From: an uncultured bacterium
GTDB lineage: Bacteria > Bacillota_I > Bacilli_A > RFN20 > CAG-826
Assembly (NCBI GenBank): GCA_949283025.1
Contig: CASDRB010000012.1
Span: forward strand, 197,384 to 261,383
Length of the DNA stretch: 64,000 nucleotides
Direction of reading: 5' to 3'
The position numbers and the translations under genes are program-made. Positions within the stretch are counted from its first letter, which is position 1, and every line of letters begins with the position of its first letter. The notes under the pieces are model-generated. The model saw only the letters and a program-made list of their open reading frames with translations, was not told the DNA's origin and made no database searches. Positions 11,537-22,118 of this stretch are shown here, piece after piece.

Positions 11537-11668
11537 GCACCATCTATGTGAGTATCACATATTTTTAATTGTGATTTTTTTGTGCCTTTTTTCTTTTCAT
11601 AAAGCATCATTTCATCATCTTTGCTCAGATAACGTTTCTTTTTTAAATATGCATATTTATTTTTCATA

Positions 11669-12574
11669 TTAAGGCATTGTGTTTCCTGTTGAACAATATA
11701 AACGATACCAATCAGGTTTGCTTAATTTAATTTTTAAAGCCTCGATGGAATCGCTGACATATTTTGGGTTGATTGCACCTGTCACAACATAAACATTATC
11801 GTGTAAGTTTAATAAAAACGCTGTAGCTATACTAGCTTTTGTTGTTTGATATTTTTGTGCTAATTCCTCCATTACTTCATTGCATGCCTTCATCTTTTCG
11901 TGTCTAAAAATAGATCCTTGCATGAATCCGTATTGATAAGGAGACCAGCATTGTAAGGAAATATTATGGTTTTTCAAAAAGAAAAATAAATCGCTAGCGC
12001 GCATAGTTCCCTCATCGTTATTAATATTGCAGTTAATATTTTCACGTATCAAATCTAAATGGCCAAGTCCCAATTGCAATTGATTGGTTGTTAATTTAAT
12101 TCCTGCATCTAATAAATATTGCACTGCTTCTTTAGAAAAATTAGAAACCCCAAATGATTTGACATAGCCGTTTTTATATAAATAGTCAAACGCTTCTTTA
12201 ATCTCTTCAGCATCTAAAAAGATATCTGGTCGATGCAACAAATACGAATCGAAATAATCCAATTGGCAACGTTTTAAAGAAGCAAGACAAGCTTCAATAA
12301 TATGTTGTTTAGACAAATCATAATGCTTAAATTCATCCTTGCGAATACCGCCTTTTGTTTGAATGAACATTTTTGGCCTTAATTCTGGATGAGCCCTTAA
12401 GACTTCTCCAAATTTTCTTTCGCTATCGCCATTGACATAAATATCAGCTAAATCAAAAAAATTGATTCCATGATCTAAATCAAATTTGATTAATTCATAT
12501 AATTGATTAGTATCTAAATCACGCAAACGCATAAGTCCTTGAATAATTCTTGAAGGTCTTAATTCATTTTCCAT
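11669..12574 (-). CDS. Aldo/keto reductase (YdhF-like)
   Basis: GLMR, FDLADIY, QTKGG, LLHRPD, GVSNF. Confidence 0.9.
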   Translation of the reverse strand: MENELRPSRIIQGLMRLRDLDTNQLYELIKFDLDHGINFFDLADIYVNGDSERKFGEVLRAHPELRPKMFIQTKGGIRKDEFKHYDLSKQHIIEACLASLKRCQLDYFDSYLLHRPDIFLDAEEIKEAFDYLYKNGYVKSFGVSNFSKEAVQYLLDAGIKLTTNQLQLGLGHLDLIRENINCNINNDEGTMRASDLFFFLKNHNISLQCWSPYQYGFMQGSIFRHEKMKACNEVMEELAQKYQTTKASIATAFLLNLHDNVYVVTGAINPKYVSDSIEALKIKLSKPDWYRLYCSTGNTMP

Positions 12575-12793
12575 ATTTTTCTCCTTTTTATTATCATATC
12601 AAAATTTTTATAAAATGGGATTGTTTATCATCAAAAATCAATTTTATGTGGCAAAAATGTCAAAATTATAAAATTAGTTAGAATAATTCTAATAAATACT
12701 TTTACAAAAGCTTTTGTTTTTTGTAAAATGTAATAAGTGATTTTGATTGCTCCTTAGGGATCTAATTGCTAGAAAGTGAAGGGGTTTATTAAG

Positions 12794-12994
12794 ATGAATG
12801 GAACAGTAAAGTTTTTCGACGATAAAAAAGGATTTGGCTTTATTATTGATGATGATTCTAAACGCGAAATCTTTGTTCATTTCACTGGTATTATCGGAGA
12901 AGGACATCGCACTTTGGTCGATGGACAAAAAGTCACTTTTGACGAAGAAGTCGATCCAAAAAACGGCAAGCCAAGAGCAGTTAATGTCAAATAA
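12794..12994 (+). CDS. Cold-shock domain protein
   Basis: MNGTVKFFDDKKGFGFI...IFVHFTGI (RNP1/RNP2 motifs). Confidence 0.92.
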   Translation: MNGTVKFFDDKKGFGFIIDDDSKREIFVHFTGIIGEGHRTLVDGQKVTFDEEVDPKNGKPRAVNVK

Positions 12995-13002
12995 ATAAAT
13001 TT

Positions 13003-13027
13003 AAGGCACTTAATGGTGTCTTTTTTT
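13003..13027 (+). terminator. Intrinsic terminator after csp
   Basis: aaggcact-taat-ggtgtctt plus T-run. Confidence 0.6.
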
Positions 13028-13067
13028 ATTGAAAATTTTTTCGATAATATTTAATATTATCACTGGT

Positions 13068-14432
13068 ATGAAGCAAAATAGGTTGGTAAAAGGTTCTATA
13101 ATAAAAGGTTTATTAGCGTTCTCTTTGCCAATCTTTTTTGTTTATCTATTAAATTATCTTTACCCCGCTGTTGATTTTTTCATTTTGTCATTAGCAGGCG
13201 CAGAAAAAGATATTTCTAATGTTTTATCGGCATATTTGCCGATAAATATAGCAATATCTTTGTTGACAGGCACTGGTGTAGCAGCGACATTTTTAATTGG
13301 ACAATATCATGGCGCAGGAGATGAACAAGGCAAATTAAAAGCTATTAAATCGGTAATTGTTTTTATTAATATCGTCGCTGTTGGTCTAAGTTTTATTATC
13401 GCTTTGTTTTCACCTTTGATAATTCAAGCATTAAATATACATGACCCAATTGCCAAAGATGCATCATTACGCTATTTATTAATATCGACTATCATCATTC
13501 CTTTTAATGGCTTAATTTATACGACACATGCAATATATAAAGGACAAGGGAAATCACTTTTACCTTTTGTATACAATTCATTAGGCGTGTCTTCAAATAT
13601 ATTATTTGATTTCATTTTTATTTATTTTTTAAATATGAAAAGTGATGGTGCCGCAATCGCGTCTGTTTTAGCATATCTATTTGCGGCTATAAGCATTTAT
13701 TCGTATATTTTCATCATTAAAAAAACTGGCAACCCTTTAAAAAATGTCCAAATTGATAAAATGATGATTCAATATTTAGCCAAAAAATCTTTTCCGTTAG
13801 CTATTCAAGAAGCTTTAGTAATAATTTGTTTTTCTGTGTTTGTCTCAGTTATCAATTTAAGAGGAGATATAACATCCACTGCTTTAGGTATTTCTGATCG
13901 AATTACTAATATCGCTTATGTGCCAGTGTTGGCATTTGGAAATACCATCTCCGCAGCAGTTTCTCAAAACCTAGGTGCTGGAGATATAAAAAGAACTAAT
14001 AAAATCGTATGGACTGGTGTTTTAATATTGCTCATATTTACTGCAATATTTAGCTTGCCCATTTTTTTGTTTATTAATCAATTAGCGAATTTATACACAG
14101 AAAACAAAGTCACTATTGATATGATTTTTTCCCGCTCCTGGGTTATATTTTTTGATTTAATTTTATGCGTCTTATTGACGCCTTTAAATGCATTAGCTTC
14201 AGGTTCAGGAAATGGTCGATGGTCTTTATATGTTTATTTATTTTCTGATATGTTAATTAGAGTGCCGTTAATATTGATATTAGGTTTGATGGATTATCCA
14301 TTATGGATAGTCAGCATTTCTTATCCAGCATCAACCATTTTAGGTCTTGGAATAATATTATTTTTCTATTTTAAAAAATATTGGCAAAATATCGAAAAAT
14401 TGTCAGTGAATATTCATCGATACGATAATTAA
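13068..14432 (+). CDS. MATE-family efflux transporter
   Basis: About 12 TM helices; GQYHGA, NILFDFIFI, GAAIAS, SQNLGAG motifs; start taken at MKQN. Confidence 0.88.
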   Translation: MKQNRLVKGSIIKGLLAFSLPIFFVYLLNYLYPAVDFFILSLAGAEKDISNVLSAYLPINIAISLLTGTGVAATFLIGQYHGAGDEQGKLKAIKSVIVFINIVAVGLSFIIALFSPLIIQALNIHDPIAKDASLRYLLISTIIIPFNGLIYTTHAIYKGQGKSLLPFVYNSLGVSSNILFDFIFIYFLNMKSDGAAIASVLAYLFAAISIYSYIFIIKKTGNPLKNVQIDKMMIQYLAKKSFPLAIQEALVIICFSVFVSVINLRGDITSTALGISDRITNIAYVPVLAFGNTISAAVSQNLGAGDIKRTNKIVWTGVLILLIFTAIFSLPIFLFINQLANLYTENKVTIDMIFSRSWVIFFDLILCVLLTPLNALASGSGNGRWSLYVYLFSDMLIRVPLILILGLMDYPLWIVSISYPASTILGLGIILFFYFKKYWQNIEKLSVNIHRYDN

Positions 14433-15908
14433 TTATAAATTTAATAAATTTATAAATTGGTAAAGATGACTATGTTTTTCATCATCGTATTTAAAAACAT
14501 CAATATCTTTTAATATTTCGTTGCAAGCCCAAATAAGATATTCATCAATAGAATGATATTTATTTTGCAAAAATTCATCAATCATTTGTTTAAATGGAAT
14601 TAAATCAGTATTAGCTGTTAAAATTTCTTCGTATTTTTTAGGATTGCAAGCGATAAATTCCACCAATTCTAATTGACGTTTTAAACGAGGCGGCAAAACA
14701 AATAATCCACCAGCCTCAATAAGACCAATTCCTTCTTTTTTAATATGCATTAAAGATGGTCTAACATGGAATATGCCATCACTAAATTCTAAAGTACAAT
14801 TATTATTTCTCAAAATAATAAACATTCGATATTCATCTTTTATTTTGTCAACGATTACCGTCATGGTGTTATGATCTTTACTAACAATTTTTAATATCTC
14901 ATCATCATGGTTTTTCCATGTTGTTAAAAATTTATTTGCTAATTCGATCAAACTATTTTTATTTGTGCCTTTTAAGCAAAATGCAGTCGTTGGCCAATCT
15001 AAAATAGATACTTCTATATCTTTATGAAAGTTGTTGTTTAAAACTATTTTTGTTTTGGCGTCTAATATTGGTAGACAATGCGAGCCACCTTGAAAGTGTT
15101 CATGTTGCAAAATTGAACCACCAACAATAGGCAAATCAGCATTAGCTCCAATAAAATAATGAGGAAATAAATCAATATAATCTAATAAAGCCAACAAATT
15201 ATTTTTTTCCACACTCATTGGAATATGCTTATCGCTGACAACAATTAAATGCTGGTCAAAATAACCATATGGTGAATATTGCATAAACCAATGCTGATTA
15301 TTCAACGCTAAATTAATTATTCTAAGCGAATTTTTATACTCTGTATAAGTTCCGACATTTTCTTTGCATATCACACATAATGGATAAGATTCTTGTTTAA
15401 TTTTTGATTGCGTCATTTTAACTATGTCTTTGTTAGATTTTTCTGGTTTAGATAAATTGATGGTTACAATTAACTCGTGATTATCGATTTTAGATTTAAT
15501 TACGATGTTTTTGTCAATTTTTGTTTTTTGAACATAATTTGAATGAACACTTAGATTATAAAAATAATCTGTCGCTTTTTTGGAATCAATTTTCAACAAT
15601 TCATTGAATCGTTTGTTAACCTCGCTAGGACGCGGAGTTAAATGACCTAATAATTCAAATGCATGATGCAAAGCATCATCCATATCATATTTTAAATCGT
15701 TAATCAAATACGAAACTAGTTGATCAAATAGATGGTCCACTACTTCCATGTTGGAAATTTGTTTTTTATCTATTTGGCCAAAGTATGGTTTTTTAATTTT
15801 TAAATCGTGCATCAAATAATTTCGATAAAAATCAAAATCATTTTCATCTAAATATAGATGAGTGTGGCAGTAATATAATAATTCTTCAATAGTTTTGGAA
15901 ATTTCCAT
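14433..15908 (-). CDS. galT: Galactose-1-phosphate uridylyltransferase (Firmicutes type)
   Basis: TINLSKPEK, YPLCVICKENVG, QYSPYGYF, ADLPIVGGSILQHEHFQGG, HIKKEGIGLIE. Confidence 0.92.
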   Translation of the reverse strand: MEISKTIEELLYYCHTHLYLDENDFDFYRNYLMHDLKIKKPYFGQIDKKQISNMEVVDHLFDQLVSYLINDLKYDMDDALHHAFELLGHLTPRPSEVNKRFNELLKIDSKKATDYFYNLSVHSNYVQKTKIDKNIVIKSKIDNHELIVTINLSKPEKSNKDIVKMTQSKIKQESYPLCVICKENVGTYTEYKNSLRIINLALNNQHWFMQYSPYGYFDQHLIVVSDKHIPMSVEKNNLLALLDYIDLFPHYFIGANADLPIVGGSILQHEHFQGGSHCLPILDAKTKIVLNNNFHKDIEVSILDWPTTAFCLKGTNKNSLIELANKFLTTWKNHDDEILKIVSKDHNTMTVIVDKIKDEYRMFIILRNNNCTLEFSDGIFHVRPSLMHIKKEGIGLIEAGGLFVLPPRLKRQLELVEFIACNPKKYEEILTANTDLIPFKQMIDEFLQNKYHSIDEYLIWACNEILKDIDVFKYDDEKHSHLYQFINLLNL

Positions 15909-15910
15909 AA

Positions 15911-16894
15911 TTAACCTCGATTAGAATTTAATCCAAAGCATAAATCGATATAACGAGAATATGGCACATTGGCTTTTAAAGATCTATCGCTAACATGAGA
16001 GTCTTCTAATTCGATAGCAACGCTTCTTCTATTTAAATAAGGAGACGATAAGGATGGAACATTTATTTTGTTATCAGAATAAATTTGTGCTCCACTATAA
16101 TTTGAGCATATATCTACAAAATATTTTTTTCCTTTTAAATGAATAACATTTTCTCCATCGCTAGAAAAACAAAAATGCTGGTCATATCCGCCAAGATAAG
16201 CTAATTTTTGATCATCGATGTACCGATCAAAAGAAAGTCCATTTCTAAAATCTCTAATTTCATCAACTTCTTTTTCGCATAATGGAACAAAAGTTTTTGA
16301 ATCTACTTCGACAAAACGATTTGAGTCCATTTGCAAAGATAAATTTTTATTGGTGTTTTCCCCTAAACAAAAATAGCAATGATTAGTTAAATTCATTATT
16401 GTATTTCGATCGCTTACAGCGTGCAATTCAATATGTATATTGTTTGTCAATTCATTGATTACATATATTATTTTAAAATCGACCTCGCCAGGAAAACCAG
16501 ATTCCAAATGCATTGAATGATAGGTAAATGTCAAAACAAAATTATGACCTTCCATATGATATTCATAATTAAAGCGACACGTGCTTAAACCAAACATACC
16601 TCCATGCAAACAAACATTGGTCTGTCCAACATTTGTAGCTAAAAAATAAGGTACATTATCGACCCATAAAACACTATCTTTTATTCTTCCAGCGACCCTG
16701 CCTATTGTTTTTCCATAATAGACCTCAGGCTTAAGAAAATCATCAACATTTTTGGTTGACATAATCATATAATCACCTAAATATTTAATTTGATATATAG
16801 AAGCACCAAGATTACAAAAAGTAACATCAAGCGATGTATTATTTAACACTTTAATAAAATCTACGCCCTTTTCTTGATATGTGTTAATTAACAT
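15911..16894 (-). CDS. galM: Aldose 1-epimerase (galactose mutarotase)
   Basis: GRVAGRI, LHGG, GFPG, NLTNHCYF, GYD. Confidence 0.88.
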   Translation of the reverse strand: MLINTYQEKGVDFIKVLNNTSLDVTFCNLGASIYQIKYLGDYMIMSTKNVDDFLKPEVYYGKTIGRVAGRIKDSVLWVDNVPYFLATNVGQTNVCLHGGMFGLSTCRFNYEYHMEGHNFVLTFTYHSMHLESGFPGEVDFKIIYVINELTNNIHIELHAVSDRNTIMNLTNHCYFCLGENTNKNLSLQMDSNRFVEVDSKTFVPLCEKEVDEIRDFRNGLSFDRYIDDQKLAYLGGYDQHFCFSSDGENVIHLKGKKYFVDICSNYSGAQIYSDNKINVPSLSSPYLNRRSVAIELEDSHVSDRSLKANVPYSRYIDLCFGLNSNRG

Positions 16895-19231
16895 TTATTT
16901 ATCCTCCAATTTTTTAATGTAATAAATTCTTGATCCAAAATCTCCTAAGGCTCTTACATCGTCATTAAAACCAGTCCCCATCCATTGTTGTTTTAATTTT
17001 AATGCTCCATTATTTAAATCAGATCCATAGATGACATATGATTCTTTTTCACCATTCATGGTTTTTCTTTTGCCTATTTGTTGCACCAACCAACCACGTT
17101 CATTGACGCGAATTGGAAGGACCATATTTATCAATCCACCGAAAGTTGCAAGCGGATGAACTTGCCTTCGAACTTTTATTTCGTATTGCCATTCATCAAT
17201 CAATCCATCTAACTTAATTTGATCGATTGGGGGGTTGATTTTTTGCAATCCGTTATAATACCCTAATATAGCTTCTTTTTTATCTTTTGAAACAACCATC
17301 CATAAACAGTAATTATCATTTTTAATATCTTTAAATCGATAAAAATCACCATCGCATATCAAAGCGCGATGAGATTTGTAGAACTTGACTTGTTCAATGA
17401 CCATTTTTTCTTCATATGGTAATAATGTAGACAAGTCTAACTCGTATCCAAATGCCCCAAAGCAAGCGACATTAAATCTTGTTTCAAAAGGAGTGTTTCT
17501 CAATACTGAATGGCTCGGACAGGCACTTAAATGATTAGAAATAGTTTTTAATGGATATGCTAACGACAATCCATTTTGTATATTTAATCGTTCAAATGCA
17601 TCAGTATCATCGCTAGACCAAATCGAATCAAAATATGTTAAAACACCTAGGTCAAACCTATTTCCGCCTGAAGCACAACCTTCAAAATAAACATCTGGAT
17701 GACTATTAATAATGTTATCTAACACACGATATAAGCCAAGAATATAACGATGATAAAATTCTCCGATTTCAAAATTAGAAGTTGCAACATCACTGATATG
17801 GCGATTCATATCCCATTTAACATATTCAATATTAGCGTGGTTTAATATGTTATTAACATTTTCAATGATGTAGTCTTGGACTTCTTTTTTTGTCAAATCT
17901 AAAACCAGTTGATGCCTACCCAAACTTGGTTGATAGTCATCAGACTTAATAGCCCAGTCTGGGTGCAAACGATAAAGTTTTGAATCTTGATTAACCATTT
18001 CTGGTTCAAACCATAGTCCAAACTTCATTCCTTTTTTATTGACATATTTAGCAAGACCATCTAAACCAATTGGCAATTTCTTTTTGTTGACATCATAATC
18101 TCCAAGACCACGAAAATCATCTATACGATTAGAAAACCATCCATCATCTAAAACAAACATTTCAATGCCTAGTTTTTTTGCTGAATTAATAATTGCCTTT
18201 ATTTTAGATTGGGTAAACTTCATATAGGTCGCTTCCCAATTATTTATTAAAATTGATGGATATTGATTTTTGTGATTAATTTTTAAAACTCTTTGACGAA
18301 TAAAATCATGCATATTTTGACTCATCCCATTAATACCTTTATCCGAATAAGTCATTATGGCATAGGGCGTTTCAAAAGTTTCATTAGGTCGTAAATGATA
18401 TTCAAAACAAAATGGATTAATTCCTAACTGAATTCTTACTTTATCAAATGAAGAATGTTCAACTAGTTCTTGATGATTTCCAGAATAAATTAAATTGAAT
18501 CCATAAACGCTTCCATGCGAATTTGTGGCGGTGTTTTCTTTTAATAAAAAGAATGGATTGTGGCGATTAGAAGAATTTCCAGTTTTAGAATCATTAATAT
18601 AAATGCTATGATCCAATTTAATTTGATTTACTTGGCCTTCAAATCCCCAACCTCCATATAATGATTGCAAAACAAAATTTTGATTGTTCAGCTCTAATTG
18701 CATTGAAGCAGCTTTGAAAATTTTTATTAATTTCCCGCTGAGATTGCTTATTAAAATATTTCTAACGATAACATCATTTTCAAAGTCAACAATATATTTC
18801 AAATCGACTTTAATATTTTTTACATTGTCAACTAACGTGATTATTAATTCTTCCATTTCTCCATGGATATCAGCAAGTTGAGTCAATGGAGTTATTTGTT
18901 TATTAATAATATGCGATACATATTTCAAATCTAAAATATAATTGTTATCGACTTTAATTAAAATAGACGGCTCTTTATAATCACCTTTACCAACGCTAGA
19001 AATTTCTAAACCTTTTAAATCAAGACAATAACTGTAATCCTTTTGGTCATCATAAACCGTACATGTTCCCGCACTATAGGCATATTTATCTAAAAGAAAA
19101 TCATAATTATCATGGTCAAAAATATATTTGCCATAATACTGGCTCAAAAGATGTCCAAACGAGGAAACATTAAAAATATACGATGTATTTTTTGTGTCTA
19201 ATTTAAAAACATTATTTTGAAATTTAATCAT
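16895..19231 (-). CDS. Alpha-galactosidase, GH36
   Basis: NNWEATY, FVLDDGWF, FGLWFEPEMV, YVKWDMNR, CASGGNRFD. Confidence 0.93.
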   Translation of the reverse strand: MIKFQNNVFKLDTKNTSYIFNVSSFGHLLSQYYGKYIFDHDNYDFLLDKYAYSAGTCTVYDDQKDYSYCLDLKGLEISSVGKGDYKEPSILIKVDNNYILDLKYVSHIINKQITPLTQLADIHGEMEELIITLVDNVKNIKVDLKYIVDFENDVIVRNILISNLSGKLIKIFKAASMQLELNNQNFVLQSLYGGWGFEGQVNQIKLDHSIYINDSKTGNSSNRHNPFFLLKENTATNSHGSVYGFNLIYSGNHQELVEHSSFDKVRIQLGINPFCFEYHLRPNETFETPYAIMTYSDKGINGMSQNMHDFIRQRVLKINHKNQYPSILINNWEATYMKFTQSKIKAIINSAKKLGIEMFVLDDGWFSNRIDDFRGLGDYDVNKKKLPIGLDGLAKYVNKKGMKFGLWFEPEMVNQDSKLYRLHPDWAIKSDDYQPSLGRHQLVLDLTKKEVQDYIIENVNNILNHANIEYVKWDMNRHISDVATSNFEIGEFYHRYILGLYRVLDNIINSHPDVYFEGCASGGNRFDLGVLTYFDSIWSSDDTDAFERLNIQNGLSLAYPLKTISNHLSACPSHSVLRNTPFETRFNVACFGAFGYELDLSTLLPYEEKMVIEQVKFYKSHRALICDGDFYRFKDIKNDNYCLWMVVSKDKKEAILGYYNGLQKINPPIDQIKLDGLIDEWQYEIKVRRQVHPLATFGGLINMVLPIRVNERGWLVQQIGKRKTMNGEKESYVIYGSDLNNGALKLKQQWMGTGFNDDVRALGDFGSRIYYIKKLEDK

Positions 19232-19239
19232 AAATATCC

Positions 19240-20841
19240 CTAATTTGATGTATTTTTAGAATTTTCGGCCACTTTTCTGGCTTTTATATCATCGAGCAAT
19301 TTTGAATAAGTTTTTTCATCAATTTTATAAAATTTTTTAACAAGAACATAAGTAATAACAAATAATATCATCGGTAAAATAGCAACGCCTAATTTATAAA
19401 TTATTACCCCGCTAAAATCTACTGTTGATGTAAAGGTGTTACAAATGACTTTTAATTCTTCTTCGCTAATTAAACCCATGGCTTGTTGTTGTTGGGCATT
19501 TGAAATTTCATTGACTATTCCAAATAATCCTGCAGCTATCAAAAATAAATACAAGACGCCTTGTTGAATAGCGCTAGATAGTTTTGCGGTCAATGGTCTT
19601 AATGAGAATATAACCGACTCTTTTCTTTCATTAAATTTCCATTCATTGTATTCAATAGTGTTAGCCATCATCATGACTAACATTAAATAAAACACGCCTT
19701 GGGCAGAAAAAATGACTACGCCAATTAATGCAAGTGGAATAACATATAAAATATTAATGCTCTCATTGACAATTGGAGCAGGGCCTAAATAAATTCCATT
19801 CCCAATTGGCAGACCATAAACAAAAAACACAATATATCCAACAACAGTCATAATAATACATATGTTAAATAATTTCGCTCTAGTAAACTTTTTAGAAAGA
19901 AGTGGGAATAAAAATTGAGCTAATATTGTTCCTAATCCATAAACGACCGTAAAAATAGTCATAATTGTACCACCATCACTAAAATTAACGGCAAAATAGA
20001 AGTAATTGATTCCTAGTGCATTTAATATTCCTGAGGCACAATAATAAATTAATAAAATGATTGTCATCCATCTCACTTGATCATTATTTTTCATTACCGC
20101 AAACATATCTTTAAATTTTGGTGCTGGATGTTTTCTTTCTTCTTCAATATCGCGAGTATGTTCTTTAACAAAGAAAAATAAAACAACTTGTAAAAGAGCA
20201 AAGACACAAACAACGATAATTGTTATCCATGTATAAGAAGATTGATAACCGAAACTAGAAGAAATAATAGGAGCCAAACCAGCGACAGCAAATTGACCCA
20301 CCGAACAAAAAATTGACATAATTGCCGTAATTGAAGTTCGTTGTTTTTCATCGCTTGTCAATGAAGGCAACATTGACCAATATGCAATATCATTCATTGT
20401 AAATGTAATTCCCCACAATAAATAAAAAACCGCAAACCAAGCCACGTAACCCCATCCTTGCAATGATGATGTCAATAATGGAAAAACAAACAAACATAAA
20501 ACAATTAATGAATTAGATAAACCACCTATTAAAATCCATGGTTTATATTTGCCAGATTTAAAATGACATTTTTCAATAATCACACCCATAAACGGATCAT
20601 TTAAAGCGTCAAAAATACGATATCCAATTACCAATCCCGAGATAACTCCAAACATAGCTGCAAATTGACCGCCATCAATATTTTGGCTCGCAGGTGTTAA
20701 AATTCCTGAATATTGAATAAAAGTTAGCAAAAATAATGACACAAGAGCATAAGCAGCATCCCTGCCAATTGCCACAATCGAATAAAGCCACTTCGTCTTT
20801 TTAGGCACATTATTGCCATCAAACGTTTGATAGAATTTCAT
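19240..20841 (-). CDS. Glycoside-pentoside-hexuronide (MelB-like) cation symporter
   Basis: FDALNDPFMG, GKYKPW, DIAYWSMLPSL, NTIEYNEW; about 12 TM helices. Confidence 0.9.
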   Translation of the reverse strand: MKFYQTFDGNNVPKKTKWLYSIVAIGRDAAYALVSLFLLTFIQYSGILTPASQNIDGGQFAAMFGVISGLVIGYRIFDALNDPFMGVIIEKCHFKSGKYKPWILIGGLSNSLIVLCLFVFPLLTSSLQGWGYVAWFAVFYLLWGITFTMNDIAYWSMLPSLTSDEKQRTSITAIMSIFCSVGQFAVAGLAPIISSSFGYQSSYTWITIIVVCVFALLQVVLFFFVKEHTRDIEEERKHPAPKFKDMFAVMKNNDQVRWMTIILLIYYCASGILNALGINYFYFAVNFSDGGTIMTIFTVVYGLGTILAQFLFPLLSKKFTRAKLFNICIIMTVVGYIVFFVYGLPIGNGIYLGPAPIVNESINILYVIPLALIGVVIFSAQGVFYLMLVMMMANTIEYNEWKFNERKESVIFSLRPLTAKLSSAIQQGVLYLFLIAAGLFGIVNEISNAQQQQAMGLISEEELKVICNTFTSTVDFSGVIIYKLGVAILPMILFVITYVLVKKFYKIDEKTYSKLLDDIKARKVAENSKNTSN

Positions 20842-20948
20842 TTTTAATCTCCTAAATAATGTAATGAAATTTATTACTTTTTTATTTTAACACTTGTTAA
20901 TTAGAAAATATATTTATCTATTGTCTTTTTTTATTCTATACTGAAAAT

Positions 20949-22118
20949 ATGAAAAAAATCGGCAATCTTTTTAAAGAACTTTTTTCAAAGGAACCTTATG
21001 GCTATTGTGTTTTGGGCGGAAGATTTGAAATATTAGGCAATCATACCGACCATAACCATGGATTGTGTCTATCAAGCAGTTGTGACATTTTAATAAAATC
21101 TGCTGTTAGTAAAAATGATACTCAATTTATAAATGTTCATTCAAAAGGATATGATTACATTCAAATTGATTTAAATGATTTAACGATAAATCAAAACGAG
21201 TACTACACCACCAAATCTTTAATAAAAGGGGTAATTTATTATTTAAAAAATAATAACTACAAAATTGGCGGATTTGATATGCTTTGTATCTCTGATATAA
21301 CACCTGGTTCAGGTGTCTCATCATCTGCAGCTTTTGAAGTTATGATAGGAAAGATAGTGTCTTGTTTATTTAATCAAGACAAAATTCCTGCCTTAACATT
21401 AGCTAAAGCCGGACAATATGCCGAGAATAAATATTTCAATAAATCTTGCGGCCTATTAGACCAAATAAGCGTCGCTTTTAATGGCGTTAAATTTATTGAT
21501 TTTAAAGATGTGGAAAATCCAACAATTGAAGAATTAGAATTTGATTTACCTATTGATTTTGTATTGATAAATCCAGGAAGCAGCCACGAAAACTTATCAA
21601 AATTGTATAAATCAATACCCGATGCAATGAAAAGAGTGGCTAATCGTTTTCAACAAAACTACTTAAGAGATGTGGACTACATCCAATTTTGCGAAAACTC
21701 AGATTTAAATTGTGATGATTTAATTGCCAAACACTTTTTTAAAGAAAACAAAAGAGTATTAAAGGGTGTACAAGCAATTAAAAATAATGATGTGGATGCA
21801 TTATTAGAAGCGATACGTTCATCTAATTTGTCTAATCGCATCAATCTTAATAACACCATGATTGATGGCCATTATGAGCATTCTCCTCAAGAGGCAATTG
21901 ATTATGCCTTTAGCATTACAAATGAAAAAGACATTGCTTGTAAAATTAATGGCGGCGGATTTGCCGGAACTATAATTTGTTTTATTAAAAAATAAAAAAC
22001 GATTCCGTTTGTCAACAAAATGCAAGAAAAATATGGCTTTGAAAACGTTAAGATATTACATAGTTTAAATCAAGGTCCAACTTTTATTTTAAATACTCAT
22101 CAATCATCGATTGAGTAA
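20949..22118 (+). pseudogene. galK: Galactokinase interrupted by an in-frame TAA at 21993-21995 (ORF 20949-21995; frame continues to 22118)
   Basis: GRFEILGNHTDHNHG, PGSGVSSSAA, CGLLDQ, GGGFAG. Beyond the stop the same frame reads KTIPFVNKMQEKYGFENVKILHSLNQGP, like a normal GalK C-terminus. Confidence 0.7.

Noticed and set aside
11537-11595. Nested hairpins (atgtga-gta-tcacat; gcac...gtgc) as a possible ncRNA or riboswitch
   Set aside because: They lie between convergent genes and are followed by a T-run, so they are most simply a terminator. No recognisable riboswitch consensus.
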